From: the human T2T-CHM13v2.0 reference genome, Homo sapiens
Length of the DNA: 64,000 nt
Assembly (NCBI RefSeq): GCF_009914755.1
Contig: NC_060932.1
Direction: 5' to 3' (one strand)
Numbering within the stretch: the first letter of the stretch is position 1; each line of letters begins with the position of its first letter. Shown in pieces: positions 40,135 to 54,748 of this stretch. The notes under the pieces are model-generated. The model had not been told where the DNA came from, did not search any database, and was given only the letters and a program-made list of their open reading frames with translations. The position numbers and the translations under genes were made by a program.

Positions 40135-40612
40135 TGTGGCAGAGACTGCTATTTGTCCATCAATAGCCACTTTTCCTGGCTTCTGTAGCTATTTAGTTTT
40201 CAGCTGGGTACATGGCTTCTCAGAATAAAGACTACATTTTCTCCAGCCTCCTCTGTAGCCAGGTGTGGCCAGGTGACTAAATTCTGGCCAATGAAAGCAA
40301 GCAGAATTTACCTAGCATCTTGTGGGTTATGTCCTCAAAAGGAGACCTATGCTCCATTCATCCCCATTTCCTGTTCCCATTAGCTGGAATGAGAATGTCA
40401 GAGTGAGCTGTCCTGGACGGAGCATGTGGCTGGCAGGTAATGGGACAAGAAGGGGTAGGAACCAGGATCTCTGATATCCGTCTGCTAGTCCAGGATTAGT
40501 CTCATCTGGACAGTTCTATAAATCAGAGAAAGAAAATATTTTCATCTGGTTTAAGCCACTATTACTTTCGGTTTCTGTTACAACAGCTGAACCCATGCTC
40601 TAAACGATATAC
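40135..40612 (+). mobile_element. LTR33-like (ERVL) LTR
   Basis: tgtggcagagactgctatttgtcc...gtgtggccaggtgactaaattctggccaatg...tttaagccactatt. Confidence 0.6.
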
Positions 40613-40969
40613 TTGCCCAGACATTGTGTTTGGGAGAGAGGGGCTTGGAGATGGTGTGAAAGGCAGGATGGGTGAGGTTTGAACATGTCTGCTGCAAACT
40701 TGGGGGCTCAAAGCCATTTTCTCATTTTCTGTAGCCGTGTTATTATAACTGCTTCTCTTTGAGACAGTTCCGCTGCAGGATCTGATGGCAGCCAAATTCA
40801 TGAAGGTCATAGGAGAGAAAAGCTGTCTTACAGAAACATTCTCCACGTGAGTGATGCCAGACTCCTGCTGGCCTAGATGGGAAACCCAAGGAATCAGGGA
40901 CAGTCAAGTCAATCACCCCTTTGACATTATTCTCTCTTTTCCAAATGAATCTTCTTTCACTTCTTGATG

Positions 40970-41142
40970 CAAGGAAATAATACAATAACATAAATATAAA
41001 TATACTAAATATATAGTATACCATATTAGATATTTTATATATATTATCTATGTTAAACAAATATATTGACTATGTAAAATAAATATATAGTATTTAAATA
41101 TATTAAATAACCTAAATATATTTAAATATAAATAATAAAATA
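40970..41142. repeat. AT-rich low-complexity tract
   Basis: Almost entirely A/T, built from aaatata-type units. Confidence 0.8.
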
Positions 41143-43589
41143 ACAGCAGAAATGTCAACAACCAGAACATTAAAAACAATAATAAAAACAGCTACAATTT
41201 GTTGAGATATATAATGTGCAAAGTTCTGTATTTCACTGAATATAGCAATTCTTTCTCCATTTCAGTACATTCAGAGAGGTTAGGTGACTAGGCCAAAGTC
41301 ACAGTTACAAAGTTGGCAGGGCTGGAATTTGAACCCCACATGATGTGACTTCAAAGTTTAAACTGTTTCTACAATATTAAGCTGCTTTGTTGATTGTTAT
41401 ATTGTTATAACTTATTAATATAAAAGTTATAACATTTAATAATTAACTGAATGTTAGAGGCAGTAGGGATCTTAGAGACCAAGTGCCTCAGAGTGCTAAT
41501 GTCAAGGAGCAAATACTGACAACCAAATAAATGAGGTGACTTGCTCGAGATCACACAGTGGCCAAGTCAGGACTTCGACCCAGGACCCCTGGCTTTTCAG
41601 CTTGTGTTCTTTTCTCCTAAACTACATTCAGAATAAACTGTTTGGATATAAAATAAACTTGCTAGTAAGGAATGCTGCTGTCTACTTAAAGAGGGTTTGT
41701 TTAGTAAAGGCACATTCAGTAGAATCACATGGAATGAGATAAAAATACCTGTGGTCAGACCCCACCCTAGGAGAATTGAATTAGAAGCTCTGGTCTTAAG
41801 GCCCAGTCATCTGGGCCTTGAAAAGCTCCCCAGGTGATTCTAATGAACAGCCAGGATTGAAAACCACTGAGTTAAGTTTTTGGCTAAGTCTAGTCAAATA
41901 GTTATTCTTTCCTTGGGTTTCATTTGTCCAAGGCAAAGGGAAAAATGGAAAATTCATGTAGTGATATCTTCTAGTATTTTGTGGTACTTCCTCACTCTTT
42001 GTGGCACACAAACTGATTTCACAATTACATATAATATCAAGAACTACATTATGAATATTTAAATCATTACACTTCTCTGCATGTTAACATATGGAGTATG
42101 GAGAGAACTTCTTTGCAATAAATGAAAAGCCAAGTTAATTGTGATGATCATTGTGCCTTCCATTTTTTAAAACATCACTTCTTGAAGTCCCTGAGACAGT
42201 TAAATTTACCAAATACAAGTTCTGATGAGACTATTGTGAGTTACAGCCTTTGTGCAGATCGTTTTGAGGGTAATGTACAGAATTATAATCCTTTTACACT
42301 CCTCATTAACTTCCTGTATTTCAACATTTGTGTTTCTCATTCTTCTTTGCAATAATCCACTGAGGCATAAATGAAGCAATATATGACTAAGAATAAAAAC
42401 AATCTAAAACTGTATTATGATCAAAGCCATGTGGTGGCTAGCAGTGTTCAGTTGAATAATATACTGAGTCATGGGCACATTCATCTAATCTCTACTTATT
42501 GTGTTGCTTGCTCATTTGATTCACTTACATAAGCACTCCAATATATTCTGTATTAAAGGGAAATGTTTTTGATAATTATTGTATTGATTAAAGTTAGAAA
42601 CAAAAAACATGGTATTATTACCTTTAACAACCTCTTGGAGAAACTTGATAAATTTTTGAGGATCTACAAACAAGCAGTTGGGAAACCCTGGTATGGTGGG
42701 CAGAAAAAAAAAGCTTAGACATTGGATTCTAACAGAACTACAATCAAATTTTGGCACTATTATTTTCTGGATATGTGAACTAAGTTGCCTAACTTCTCCG
42801 AGCTTCAGTTTTTTCATCTCAGAAATGGTTTGACAACTGTTGTAAGGGTGAGAGTTAAGGTAAGTCATTACCTAAGGCCAGGTACTGAATTTTATATAAT
42901 ATTTTGCAAGAGATAGGACCAGGGGCAGACTTCAAAGTCATAAAAACATTATAAGCTTGGTCTGACTCCTCAACAAATAAAAGGATTAAGGAACAAGATT
43001 TACTTAGGAAATTTTTGCTTTAACAGACATGAATGTGTTTGCTAAGTTCCATGTTAGAATGAGGCACTTAATATTTCCACAGAAATAGAGCTCACTGGTC
43101 TGTCTTTGCTGAGAACAACCATTGTTGCATCATCTAAACTGGGATTATTTCTGAACAGGTGGACACCAGAATGATCTGTAAGGCATTTTTCAATAGCAGA
43201 ACACCCTGTTTTTAGATATTTTCTTCACTGGTCCACTTATGTGATCTTGGGAGTTAAAAAAAAACTCTTATTTTACAGTCATTCTTTTTTATGTAAATAT
43301 ATGTTGTGTACCTACTCTGCTATAGGAATTGTGTCAGGTACTGGGGGATGTAGTAGTGAGAAAGGTATGTTGCTTCCCTCAGTGGCCATATAGTCTAATG
43401 GGGAAAACATGTAATCCAATGATTACACAAGGGTTAAATTGAAACTATGTGAAGAACTATGAAGAAGAAATATATTCTGTGATGTGAACTCATAATGTGG
43501 GTCAATTAACTTAAAGACAGGCAATCAGGGCCCAGAAAGTGGAGTCTATTAGCAAAAGTCATGCAGTAACTTAGTATCACTCATTCAAA

Positions 43590-44470
43590 TATTGGCTGAA
43601 TTTATATTTACTACAAGATCATCTACACACAACAAAGCAAACAAAACAAAAAAAAATGAACTCAGACTCCAACAGACAGAAGAAAATAGTTTACCTGGGA
43701 ATAAATACAATACACAGTTTGAAAACTACACAATATTTATTGGTAAAATTAAGACTTAATAAATGAAAAGATTATAAGATTTAGTACTGTAAGTTAAGTG
43801 TTCTAAAATTGTTCTGTAGGAGAAATTCTAATCAGAGTCTCAGTATTGTTTGTTGTTTTTAGTGGGAGATAGTGGTAACTTCCAAGTTGATTCTAAAAAT
43901 TTATATGGAAAAGTAAAGAACCATGAATAAAAGAGGTGATCTTGCAGAAAAACAAAGTTAAAGGACTTAACTTGCCATAGAATAAGACCTGCAGAACTAA
44001 AGTTATTATGATAGTTTAGATAGTGTTGCAAGGTTAGACAAAAAAATGGAACAGAAGAGAGTACCAAAAAATCCACACATACACAGCAACATGATTTATG
44101 ACAAAAATTACACTATGGTGCAATGGGGGGAAGTATGATTTTTTTCAGTAAATGGTACTGGGTCAATTACATATCTATGCTGAAAAAATTAATCTTGATC
44201 CTTTTCTCATGCTATACATGAAAATTAATTCCAGATAGATTGTAGATGCAGATATGAAAGATAAAACAATAAAGCTTTTAGAATAAAACAGAGTAGACTC
44301 CTTGTGGTCTTGAAGTAGGCAAATATTTTAAAACAGGTACAAAAACACTAATGGGGAATTTTCATACGAATTATAAATATGATTTTCTTAAAATTAAAAA
44401 TTTCTGCTAATATAAAAGACACCATTTAGAGTAAAAAGACAGACTACATTTTGGGAAAATATATTTGTTA
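43590..44470 (+). mobile_element. Old L1M ORF2 remnant
   Basis: ttgattctaaaaatttatatggaaa; aaatggtactgggtcaatt; aaaattaattccagatagattgtagat. Confidence 0.7.
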
Positions 44471-44489
44471 TATACATATATGTATGTAT

Positions 44490-45820
44490 CCTCATATTCA
44501 TAAAGTTTCTGATTATTTCTTTGAATATAACTTCTGCCTTCTGCCTCCATTTTTCTCCTTTTGGAACTCCCACAATACCTATATTGGTTTGCTTGATAAT
44601 GTTCATAAGTCCCTTAGGCATTCTTCACTCTTTTTTTCTTTTTTCTTTTTGCTCTTCTGACTAGATAATTTTAAATGAAATGATCTGTCTTTGTGTTTAT
44701 AGATTATTTCTTCTGCTTGATAAGGTTTGCAGTTGAAGTCCTCTAGTGAATCTTTCAGTTCAGTTATTACATTCTTCAGATCCAAAATTTCTTCTTGAGA
44801 ATAGTTTCTCTTTGTTGATATTCTCATTTTTTCATATCATTTTCCTGATGTTATTTAGTTGTCTATCCATGTTTACTTATAACTCACTGAGTTTGCTTAA
44901 GACAATTATCTTGAAATCTTGGGCAGTTTATAGATCTCCATTTCTTTAGGATTAATTACTAGAAATCTATTTTGGTCATTTGATTGTGTCATGTTTCTCT
45001 GATTCTTTGTGTTCCTCATGGATTTGTGTTGGTATCCATGCATTTGAATAAACAGCCACTTCTCCCAGTCTCTTTGAATTCAATAGAAAAAGACTTTTGT
45101 GAGAGCGTGGCTGGAGATTCTGGGAGCTTCTCAAACCTTTTTTATGGTTGTGTCTTCTTTAGTCTTGTGTGTGTAGATTCTTAATTAGAGGGACTTACTG
45201 GTTGTTTTTTTTTTGGCAGGTGATCCCATAATCTCTTGCTCCCTCTGGTATCTAATTGCTGTACTGTGGGCCAGGACGTTGAAGGCACGCTCCACTATCC
45301 TCCCTGTTTCCCTGTGTAGAAACCTTTAGTTATGTACCTTCTCCTCATCTTGTAGAGATGTGCTGGGTACAGAAAGATGCACACCTCCTTTCCTTTGCTC
45401 TTAATCAACTCCATAAAACTACATCAGTTCTGTCAATGCTCTGGGTGAGACAAGATAGGAAACAGCCCCTCAGAAAGTATTTGAAACTACACACGGCATT
45501 GGATGTACGCCCTATTTTTCACCTGCCAGCCCCACTGCCCCTAGCATAGGGAGAAGTTGTGGACCAGGGCAACAGCTCTTAGTGCTGAGCTGCATCTTCT
45601 TGGGGCAGGGGCTGATGTGGGTAAAGTAAAATTGCTCTGCTTACTCATTTCAGTGCAACTGTTGTTGATTTTGTTCTTTCCTGGGGTGCTGCAACTTTGT
45701 AACTGGATTCTGAACTTCTTGTAAAGTTATTTTGTTCTGTAGATCATTGTTAAATCAGTATTTCTGTAGGGGAACAAGAGCTGGGACTTCCTTTTCCATC
45801 ATTGTGCTGATGTTCTTGCT
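44490..45820 (-). mobile_element. Old L1M ORF1/5' region, antisense
   Basis: Minus-strand translations such as KQTNIGIVGVPKGEK and EILDLKNVITELKDSLEDFN are L1 ORF1p-like. Confidence 0.7.
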
Positions 45821-46932
45821 AATCTCCTTTCTCAAAAAAGGAAAATATTAAATCAGAAATATGAATCTCTTGGAGAAGGGATTCACCTTTAATTACAGAG
45901 AAATGAAGCGAGTAACTTGGTTCTAAAAGTACTTTGTTTCCTTAGGTTCTATGTTGTATATTCTTTTCTGGCCTTTAACATAGCTGAAAGGACATACAAA
46001 GTTAAAGAATCTACTTGATAATTAACTAGGTTGGAACAAAGGTCTTGTCATTAAACTCAAGCACAGTCTGTTTTTCATCAGTTTTTCTTTTATGTTTACT
46101 GACACTTTATATAAAGAGATAAGAACTTTCTTGACATCAGATTGTTTTCTTTCAGAGATCATCTTCTATTCTCTTGAAATGTAAACTTTTATGCTCGATG
46201 GATGTCAAGGTTTGCAGCAAATGATTTGGATGTTAAAAGTCACAAAACATGGCTAGTGTAAGAGATAATTTTATCTAATACATTCTATACAATCATTTCA
46301 GCTATATTTAATAAACTGATTTTAAACTTGTTTTTCTGTTTAGAGTTAAGTCTTGTTTTCTATGCTTAATACAACTTGTGGAGATATTTAAAATTGCTGT
46401 TTCTTGCTGCAGAGGTTTTCAGTCAGTTGAAATTTTATAAAAGTGTTTCAGACAATTTCAATGTTTAAATGTATTGCCAAATATTATTTATCTGTAGTAC
46501 TCAAATCTTGTTTTTTTTTTTTTTTTTTTTTTTTTGCTGTAGATTTTGCTGTAGATTTGTAGAACTGTGAGAAAGAAAATAACCTAATGTTTGTAGATCA
46601 ACCACAGAAGGAACTGACAAGAATGACATAAAGAAGCCCATGGAAAGGAAAGTCAGGCATTCAGTGTTTTCCTGACAGTCAGTTTTTCTCATAGAGAACA
46701 CAAGGAATACCCGTACTGACTCTGGTTGTCATGGTGAATAATCTTGACAATTTTTTCAAATCTAAAACATATAGCAACATAAGAACTGCTTCACCAGACA
46801 CATAATCCAAGCACTCCACGTTCTCTGAAACAATACAATTTGGTGTCAGAAAAGTCTGGTTTCTGGTCCCAGCTCCATCATTGATGTTTGTGATGCCTTG
46901 AGTATGTAACTTTACCTTAATAAGCCTCAGTG

Positions 46933-46935
<3 letters not shown>

Positions 46936-46970
<35 letters not shown>
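46936..46970. repeat. (TG)n microsatellite inside a MIR
   Basis: ~17 TG units. Confidence 0.95.
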
Positions 46971-46973
<3 letters not shown>

Positions 46974-47920
46974 GGAGATAACAATATATACCTCATATAG
47001 TTATTTCAAATATTAGACAATATATTCTAAGTCCTCCACTTTGTACAAGGCTTATAGAAAATGTTAAAAAATATTATCTAGTATTATTTGGTTTTTGAAA
47101 ATGATATTGAACTTGGAGATAACTGAGAATACATGACCCCCACACCAGAACGTTTCAGGGTAGAAGTTATCTCTTTGAGCCTAAACTTACATTCAAACAT
47201 GTCAGGACATGTTTGCTGAGGTGGAAGAGCAAGTACAGGTGAGTTGATGTGCATGCTGGGGATGAGTTCTTTAGTGGAAAGAGGAAGAAGCAGGTTTTTG
47301 AGTTTTCACTGGCAGGTAGAGATGTGAAGTGGAGACTATGAGCTTGGGTGTTTTGGTAGAATAATGCCTATAGCCTGGGCATTCTCAGGATAGGTACAAG
47401 GGAAATGGTGATGTGAGATTCTTGGTTTGAGTTCATTGCTGAGGGGTGCTGGAGAGGAGAAGGAAAAAGTAGTGGACATTGAGAGGTGAATATAACTGAC
47501 AGACTGGTTCAAGAACATATGCAAGATGCCCCTGAGACGTAACTTTTCAGAAAATTGTTCCTTTGACTACCTTTTAAGAATTATAACACATAATAATTTT
47601 ATTTCTTTTCTTCTGTCTTCAGGCTTAATTTGTTCTTTCTCTAGTTTGCTAAGGTGGAAGCTTGAATTATCAATGTATTTCTTTTTTCTTTTCTAATACA
47701 GCATTCACTGCTATACATTCTTATTTTTCTGTAGCCAAATTTTGATGAGTTGTATATTCATTTTCATTTAGTCCAAAAGTAGTTTAAAAATTGAGACTTA
47801 TTCTTTCACCCATGGGTTATTTAGAAGTGTGTTAATTTTCAAATTTGGGGGATTTTCTAGTTATCTTTCTATTGATTTCTAGCTTAAGTCCATTGTGATC
47901 TGAGAACATATTTTGTGTAA

Positions 47921-48251
<331 letters not shown>

Positions 48252-49011
48252 TATTTCTTACATTTGTAAGTGTGTTTTATGACCCAGAATGTGGTCTATC
48301 TTAGTGAATGTTCTGTGTGAGCATGAGAAGAATGTGTACTTGGTGGTGGTGGAGTATTCTATAAATGTCAATTAGATTAAGTTGATGGCTAGTGCTGTTC
48401 ATGTCATTTATATTCTTACTGATTTTCTGCCTGTTTGATCTATCAATTATTGACAGAGGAATATTGAAACCTTCACTTCTATTATGTGGTAGATTTGTCG
48501 ATTTATTTTTTTTAGTTCTATCAGTTTTTGCTTCATGAATTTTGATGCTTTTTTGTTATGTGCATACATGTTGAAGATTGTTATGTCTTGGAGAACTGAC
48601 CCTTTTATCATTATGTAATGTCACTTTTCTTTTCCTGATAATTTTAATTATTCTGAAATTTACTTTGTCTGAAATTAATATATTTACTCCAGCTTTTTAA
48701 AATCAGTGTTAGCATGCTATAATTTTTCTCTTTACTTGTAACCTATTTAAGTCTTTACATTTAGTGAGTTGCTTGTAGGCAATATACAGCTAGGTCTTGC
48801 TTTTTTATCCACTTTGATAATCTGTCTTTTAATTGATATATTTAGACCTTTCACATTTAGAGTAATTATTGCTATAGTTGGATTAATATCTACCATGTTT
48901 CAAGCTGTTTTCTGTTCATTGCATTTGTTTTTTATCTTTTACCCCCATTTGGCATTTTCTGGAGTATTTTATATGATTTTATTTATGCCTCTTCTCTTAG
49001 CATATGAATTA

Positions 49012-49362
<351 letters not shown>

Positions 49363-49959
49363 TTACATTTTTAACTAAGCCAAATGTATTTTCAAATAAA
49401 TTATACCCCACTTCAAGTATAATTCAAGTAGCTTATAATAGTGTATTCCCAATTCCTCCCTCTCATTTATTATGACTTTACTGTTATTTATTTTACTTAT
49501 GTTTATGCCATAATCACCCAATAAATTACATCTATTACTTCTTTAAATAGTTATCTTTTTGATCAATTAGGAATATGAAAAATAATAGATTTTCTTTTAT
49601 ACATACTTTGAAAAAATTGCAAGCTTGAATATTGTTCTTCAAAACGGCTTGTATCAAGTGCAATATCTAAATTTATTCCAAAGCAGAGCTACCATTGTTG
49701 TCAAAAATCAAGAAGCTTTTCTTTTGATTGAGATCAGAAGTGAACAAAGAACAGAGATAACAGTCTATTACAAAACACCAGTTGTGCCTCATTCTTACTG
49801 CCCCACACCATCACACTTTTGCTTTGTGTTTTTGGAAAGAACCCTGCCATCCTTTTTCCTAAATTTAAATAATAATGAGGGCCACTGTTTTCAGAACATA
49901 AAATTTTACTTTCCATACGTTTCTTTCCTCTTTAATTACCTTAGTAGCTCCAGAAGTAG

Positions 49960-50418
<459 letters not shown>

Positions 50419-51989
50419 GTCTAGAAGACCCTCATGTTAGTCTACCCAGTAGACTTCTTCCTTGCTGGGAGTAAAACAACCTGATTTTGTTTGGGAATCT
50501 ACCCCTCCCTATGTGGATTTATTTCAGAAGTAATTCTTATTAGTCTAAATGAACCAGAGTTGTCCCATTCTCCTTGTCCATGATGGGTTTGGACATGAGT
50601 ATGTGACTCAGTTCTTGACAATGGGATTTGAGAACCAAACTACTGACGTTGAGCTTCTGGGAAATGCTTTTCTTTGTTGATTAAAGGAGACATGTGAGAA
50701 GTTGGCCTCTCTCATTTCTTTGGATATTGTCCTGTCTGAACGTGATACCTGGAACTGTGGCAGCCATCTTGCAACCATGTGGGCAGGGAGGCTGCCGGAG
50801 GATGGCACAGCAGAGCACTGGGAATAACCTGGATCTCTGGTGATATCACAGACCCACTCAATTCAGCCTGAAGATACCTGAGCTTGGAACTTCTTACTTT
50901 GTGAGATAGTAACATTTCCTTATTTAAGCCATTTTCATTTGAGTTTTCAATTACAGGTAACCAAAAGCATCCTAAATGATAAAGTATTTATTAGACCAGA
51001 AAACTGAAGCTCAAATAGGTAAGTTATTCTGTGTTAGTAAAAAAGGAATTACTGGGGTTGAATTTAAACTCAGGCCTGTCCGACTTCAGTGTTCTCTCCA
51101 TTATACTAATTCAAGCATTTCCATATAGTGTGGCTTTGGGCAAATTACATCACTTCTCTGAACTTAGACTTCCTTAGCTGCAAAGAGGGGCCGGAACTAT
51201 TCCCTCACCATAATGTATTAAAGATGTAAAGATATACTGTTATTAGAAAGCACAGCATAAAAATGCCTAGTAAGCTTCCTTTAGCATAAAAATGCTTAGT
51301 AAAATTTCCTTCTTTCTTGCCTCTGTGCTTTTATTCTTAGGAATCTTCACTTACTCCTTATTGTGGGAGGTAGTGAATAGTTCTCTCATTTTAAAACAGG
51401 CTAGCATATTTTAAGAATTCATCTTATAAGAGCTAAGTTTCCAGTTTCTTGGAGCAACTTAGACCCTTGATTGCCTCAGTATTCATCCAAGAACACAGCC
51501 TATCAATTCAATGAGTTCTTTAGACTATGGGGATCACCCACAATTATATCTACATGCTGGAGCTTTTCCTTTAATCTTTTTAGGGTTCCTCAGTTCAGCC
51601 CAAATTACCCATCTCTAGTTTTCATGCCGTGAATGACAATCACAGCAGTGGAACAGCCCCTACCAGCAGCCTAGGCATAACAGTTCCCAGAGCCATGCTT
51701 TTTAATCATGGAGGGAGGAACATCAGTTTTGAGGATACTGGCTGAGTGACCTTGAACAGGTTGCCTAAGCATTCTGAGCTTCACTTTTCTCATCAGGAAA
51801 AAATGGGGATAATAAGAAGTCCCTCGGAGATTGATGCAAGGATTGAATAAGGTAAAGTGAGAGCATCCAGTGCATAGAAAGTAAACAGAATAGCATCACC
51901 TTCAGTAAGTCCTGCCACTTATGCACAGCTCAGCATCCTGTTATTATCACCTCTGCAGGTGCAATGTCATCTACCAAAATGTTCCTTTT

Positions 51990-51996
51990 TATAAAA
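51990..51996 (+). promoter_or_regulatory. TATA box of the putative FER1L6 promoter
   Basis: TATAAAA ~28-36 bp upstream of Inr-like tcagc/tcagt; FOX motif GTAAACA at 51881 and GATA motif TTATCA at 51944. Confidence 0.45.
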
Positions 51997-52012
51997 AAAT
52001 CCATGAAGAAGG

Positions 52013-52211
52013 GTTTCAGCCTTTCAGTCAGATGTCATTTGTCTCTAAAGACTGAGCTGTAATCAAATTTCCAGACCTGTTGTGTCCTGTAGGGAACATG
52101 AATTGGTCACAGCTCAATCAGATTCTCCATTCTTGCTGCCACCTCTCCAGCATCTGTGAATATGAATGAGAAGAATGGTGGGACACTAAGAGGCCCATGT
52201 GTGGGATTTGA
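52013..52211 (+). other. FER1L6: Probable non-coding first exon (5' UTR) of FER1L6
   Basis: Unique sequence between the TATA box and a tga|gtaact donor. FER1L6 is recalled as the next + strand gene after FAM91A1, and the text resembles my recollection of its mRNA 5' end. Start is approximate and unverified. Confidence 0.5.
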
Positions 52212-52525
52212 GTAACTTGAAATCTGAGAAGTTAATTATATTCCATCTGATACAGCCCTCTAAATTAACTTGTACCTGCTGAGATCTCTCAATCCATTTC
52301 AAACACCAAGAAAAAGGATGAAATAAACTGAAATTTATTCTGAGATAAAATGTGTTTTTAATGAGAAGTTACAGAGAGAATAGTCTAAAAGGATCCTGGC
52401 TAGTTAGTGAGTCTATGTTCCCCTTCCCCGCAAAATCATTGCTCCAGCTGGGCTATATTTATGAAATAGCCCCTCAACCCTTCCCTTTCTCAGATGTCCT
52501 CACGAAATTGGAAGAATCATATACA

Positions 52526-52526
<1 letters not shown>

Positions 52527-52563
<37 letters not shown>
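52527..52563. repeat. (TG)n microsatellite
   Basis: ~18 TG units, ~315 bp into the putative FER1L6 intron 1. Confidence 0.95.
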
Positions 52564-52569
<6 letters not shown>

Positions 52570-52662
52570 TTACACATGTCTGAAATGAACATTTCCAGTA
52601 GCCCCAGGAAACTCTTGTGCTTCTTCCTAATTAATGTCCCTCCTCAGAGGTAACCATTCTTC

Positions 52663-52954
52663 GTTTTTTTATTTTTTCTGAGACGGAGTCTTGCTCTGTT
52701 GCCCAGGCTGGAGAGCAGTGGCATGATCTCGGCTCACTGCAACCTCTGCCTCCCAGGTTCAAGCAGCTCTCTGCCTCTGTCTCCTGAGCAGCTGGGATTA
52801 CAGGTGCCTGCCATCATGGCTGGCTAATTTTTGTATTTTTAGTAGAGATGGGGTTTCACCATCTTGGCCAGGCTGGTCTTGAACTCCTGACCTCATGATC
52901 TAACTCAGCCTCCCAAAGTGCTGGTATTACAGGTGTGAGCCACCGTGCCCAGCC
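52663..52954 (-). mobile_element. AluS inside an L1M 3' remnant
   Basis: Antisense dimer; TSD gagg(t/c)aaccatt(c/a)tt. Confidence 0.9.
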
Positions 52955-53504
52955 GAGGCAACCATTATTTTGACTTTTATCACCTTTTGTGTATCTTTGA
53001 GTTTCATATATGTGGAATGATACAATTTGTACTCTTGTGTCTGGTTCCTTCCCTCATCAGTTTGTGAGACTAGTTCATGTTGTTGCTCATGGTCATAGTT
53101 TTTTTTTGTTTCTGTGTGATATTCCATTGTGAAAATATACTGAAATTTAGTTATCCTTTTTATGGCTGTTGGATATTTAGGTTGTTTTCAACTTTTGCGT
53201 ATTATGAATATAGCCGCTATGAACATACTTGTGTTCTCAACTGGCCCTGGAATTCTTCTGTTTGCTAAAGTACCCCCAGGAAGTGTGTGCTAGAAGAAAA
53301 GGTTTGGGGAACTTGTGTTTTTGCATAACAATTCTTAATAAGAAAGTGCAAGAAATGTCGATCATTTCCCCCGGGGAGCAGGAGGGGAGAGGGAATGGTG
53401 ATGGCTGTAGGTCTACTGGGCGCTGGAACCTCCACCAAATCTCCAGGGAATTTCTAGAGTCACGAAATGTTCTGTGTGAGGCAATGTACATGTATGTACA
53501 CAAA

Positions 53505-54708
53505 TATGTTCACCACAAAATAAACTCATGACAATAACAGTCCTCATTTCTGTAACTGGGCACATGGTTGTACCTGATACTTAGAACTACCTTCTGCTAC
53601 CCATTCTGAATTCCCTTTGTACTTGGCAAACCTTTCAGCTGGTTGAGGTTCTTTACCTGGTAGGATGACCCAAACCTTCATTCCTGAAGGGTCTGGGCCA
53701 TTAGTAGTCCTGCGTGAATTGGATTATTGTAGTTTTCCATGAATTTAATCACAAATTTTAATCACAGGGTATGGTAATACTAAGAGATGCCCTAAGGGAT
53801 CTCCTGTATTCCAGACATATTCTTTCTTGCCTCCATTGTGGAATAGTAGCACATTTTCCCCTTGGTAGTCAGGATCAGTCGCCCTAGACAACACCAAAAC
53901 TTTGCCTGTCAATTCAGAGGTATGAGGAGCCCAAAGTGGCTGGCTGTGGCCTTAACTTTCAGTGCAATGGAATCACTGTTGTATCTGCTAGTGGAAGCAT
54001 TCTTTTTTGGAACTAAGATCTCTAGGCTAACAGGATAATAAAGGAACAAGAGGCAAAAATTTTGCTAGTGAGTCATTAGGGGTAATAGCAAGTGGTGCCA
54101 TCCCATTTTTACCCCTTGATCTCTGGACCCATGAGTCCTGACTAGCACCTGACTGGATGCTGATTCAAAGAATACACAGCTTTCTGTGGAATCTTGCCCC
54201 ACTTCTGTAAAGTACTGTCACCTAGTTGGTGAGGTTGCCTGTAACTGACTTCAAAAGGCCATTCCACCATTCCGTCAAGCCAGCTGCTTTAGAACGGTTG
54301 GGAACACCGTGAGACCAGTGAATTCCACGAGCACGAACCCACTGCTGCGCTTCATTTGCTGTGAAGTGAGTCCCTTGATCAGAGCAATGCTGTGTGGACC
54401 ATCGTGAAGGTGGACAAGGCATTTTGTAAGTCCATAGATAATAGATTCTACAGAAGCATTGTGTGCAGGGAAGGCAAGTTCATATCCTGAGCAAATGTGT
54501 ATTCCAGTAAGGACAAAATGCTGCCCCTCCCTTCCACAATGGAAGCAGTCCAATGTAATCAACCTGCCTCCAGGTAGCTGGCTGGTCACCCCAGGGAATG
54601 GTGCCATATATTGGGGACTCAGCATTGGTCTCTGCTGTTGGCAGATTGGGTACTCAGTGGTCGCTGCAGCCAGGTTGACCTTGTTGCTTGAACTCCATGT
54701 TGTGAGCA

Positions 54709-54710
<2 letters not shown>
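53505..54710 (-). mobile_element. ERV-L internal fragment: degraded integrase plus dUTPase
   Basis: Minus-strand peptides PICQQQRPMLSPQY, HFVLTGIHICSGY, SDQGTHFTANE...GIHWSH...AAGLTEWWNGLLKS (integrase, frameshifted) and MLPLADTTVIPLH (dUTPase). Confidence 0.88.

Positions 54711-54711
<1 letters not shown>

Positions 54712-54746
<35 letters not shown>
54712..54746. repeat. (TG)n microsatellite at the ERV-L breakpoint
   Basis: ~17 units. Confidence 0.95.
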
Positions 54747-54748
<2 letters not shown>

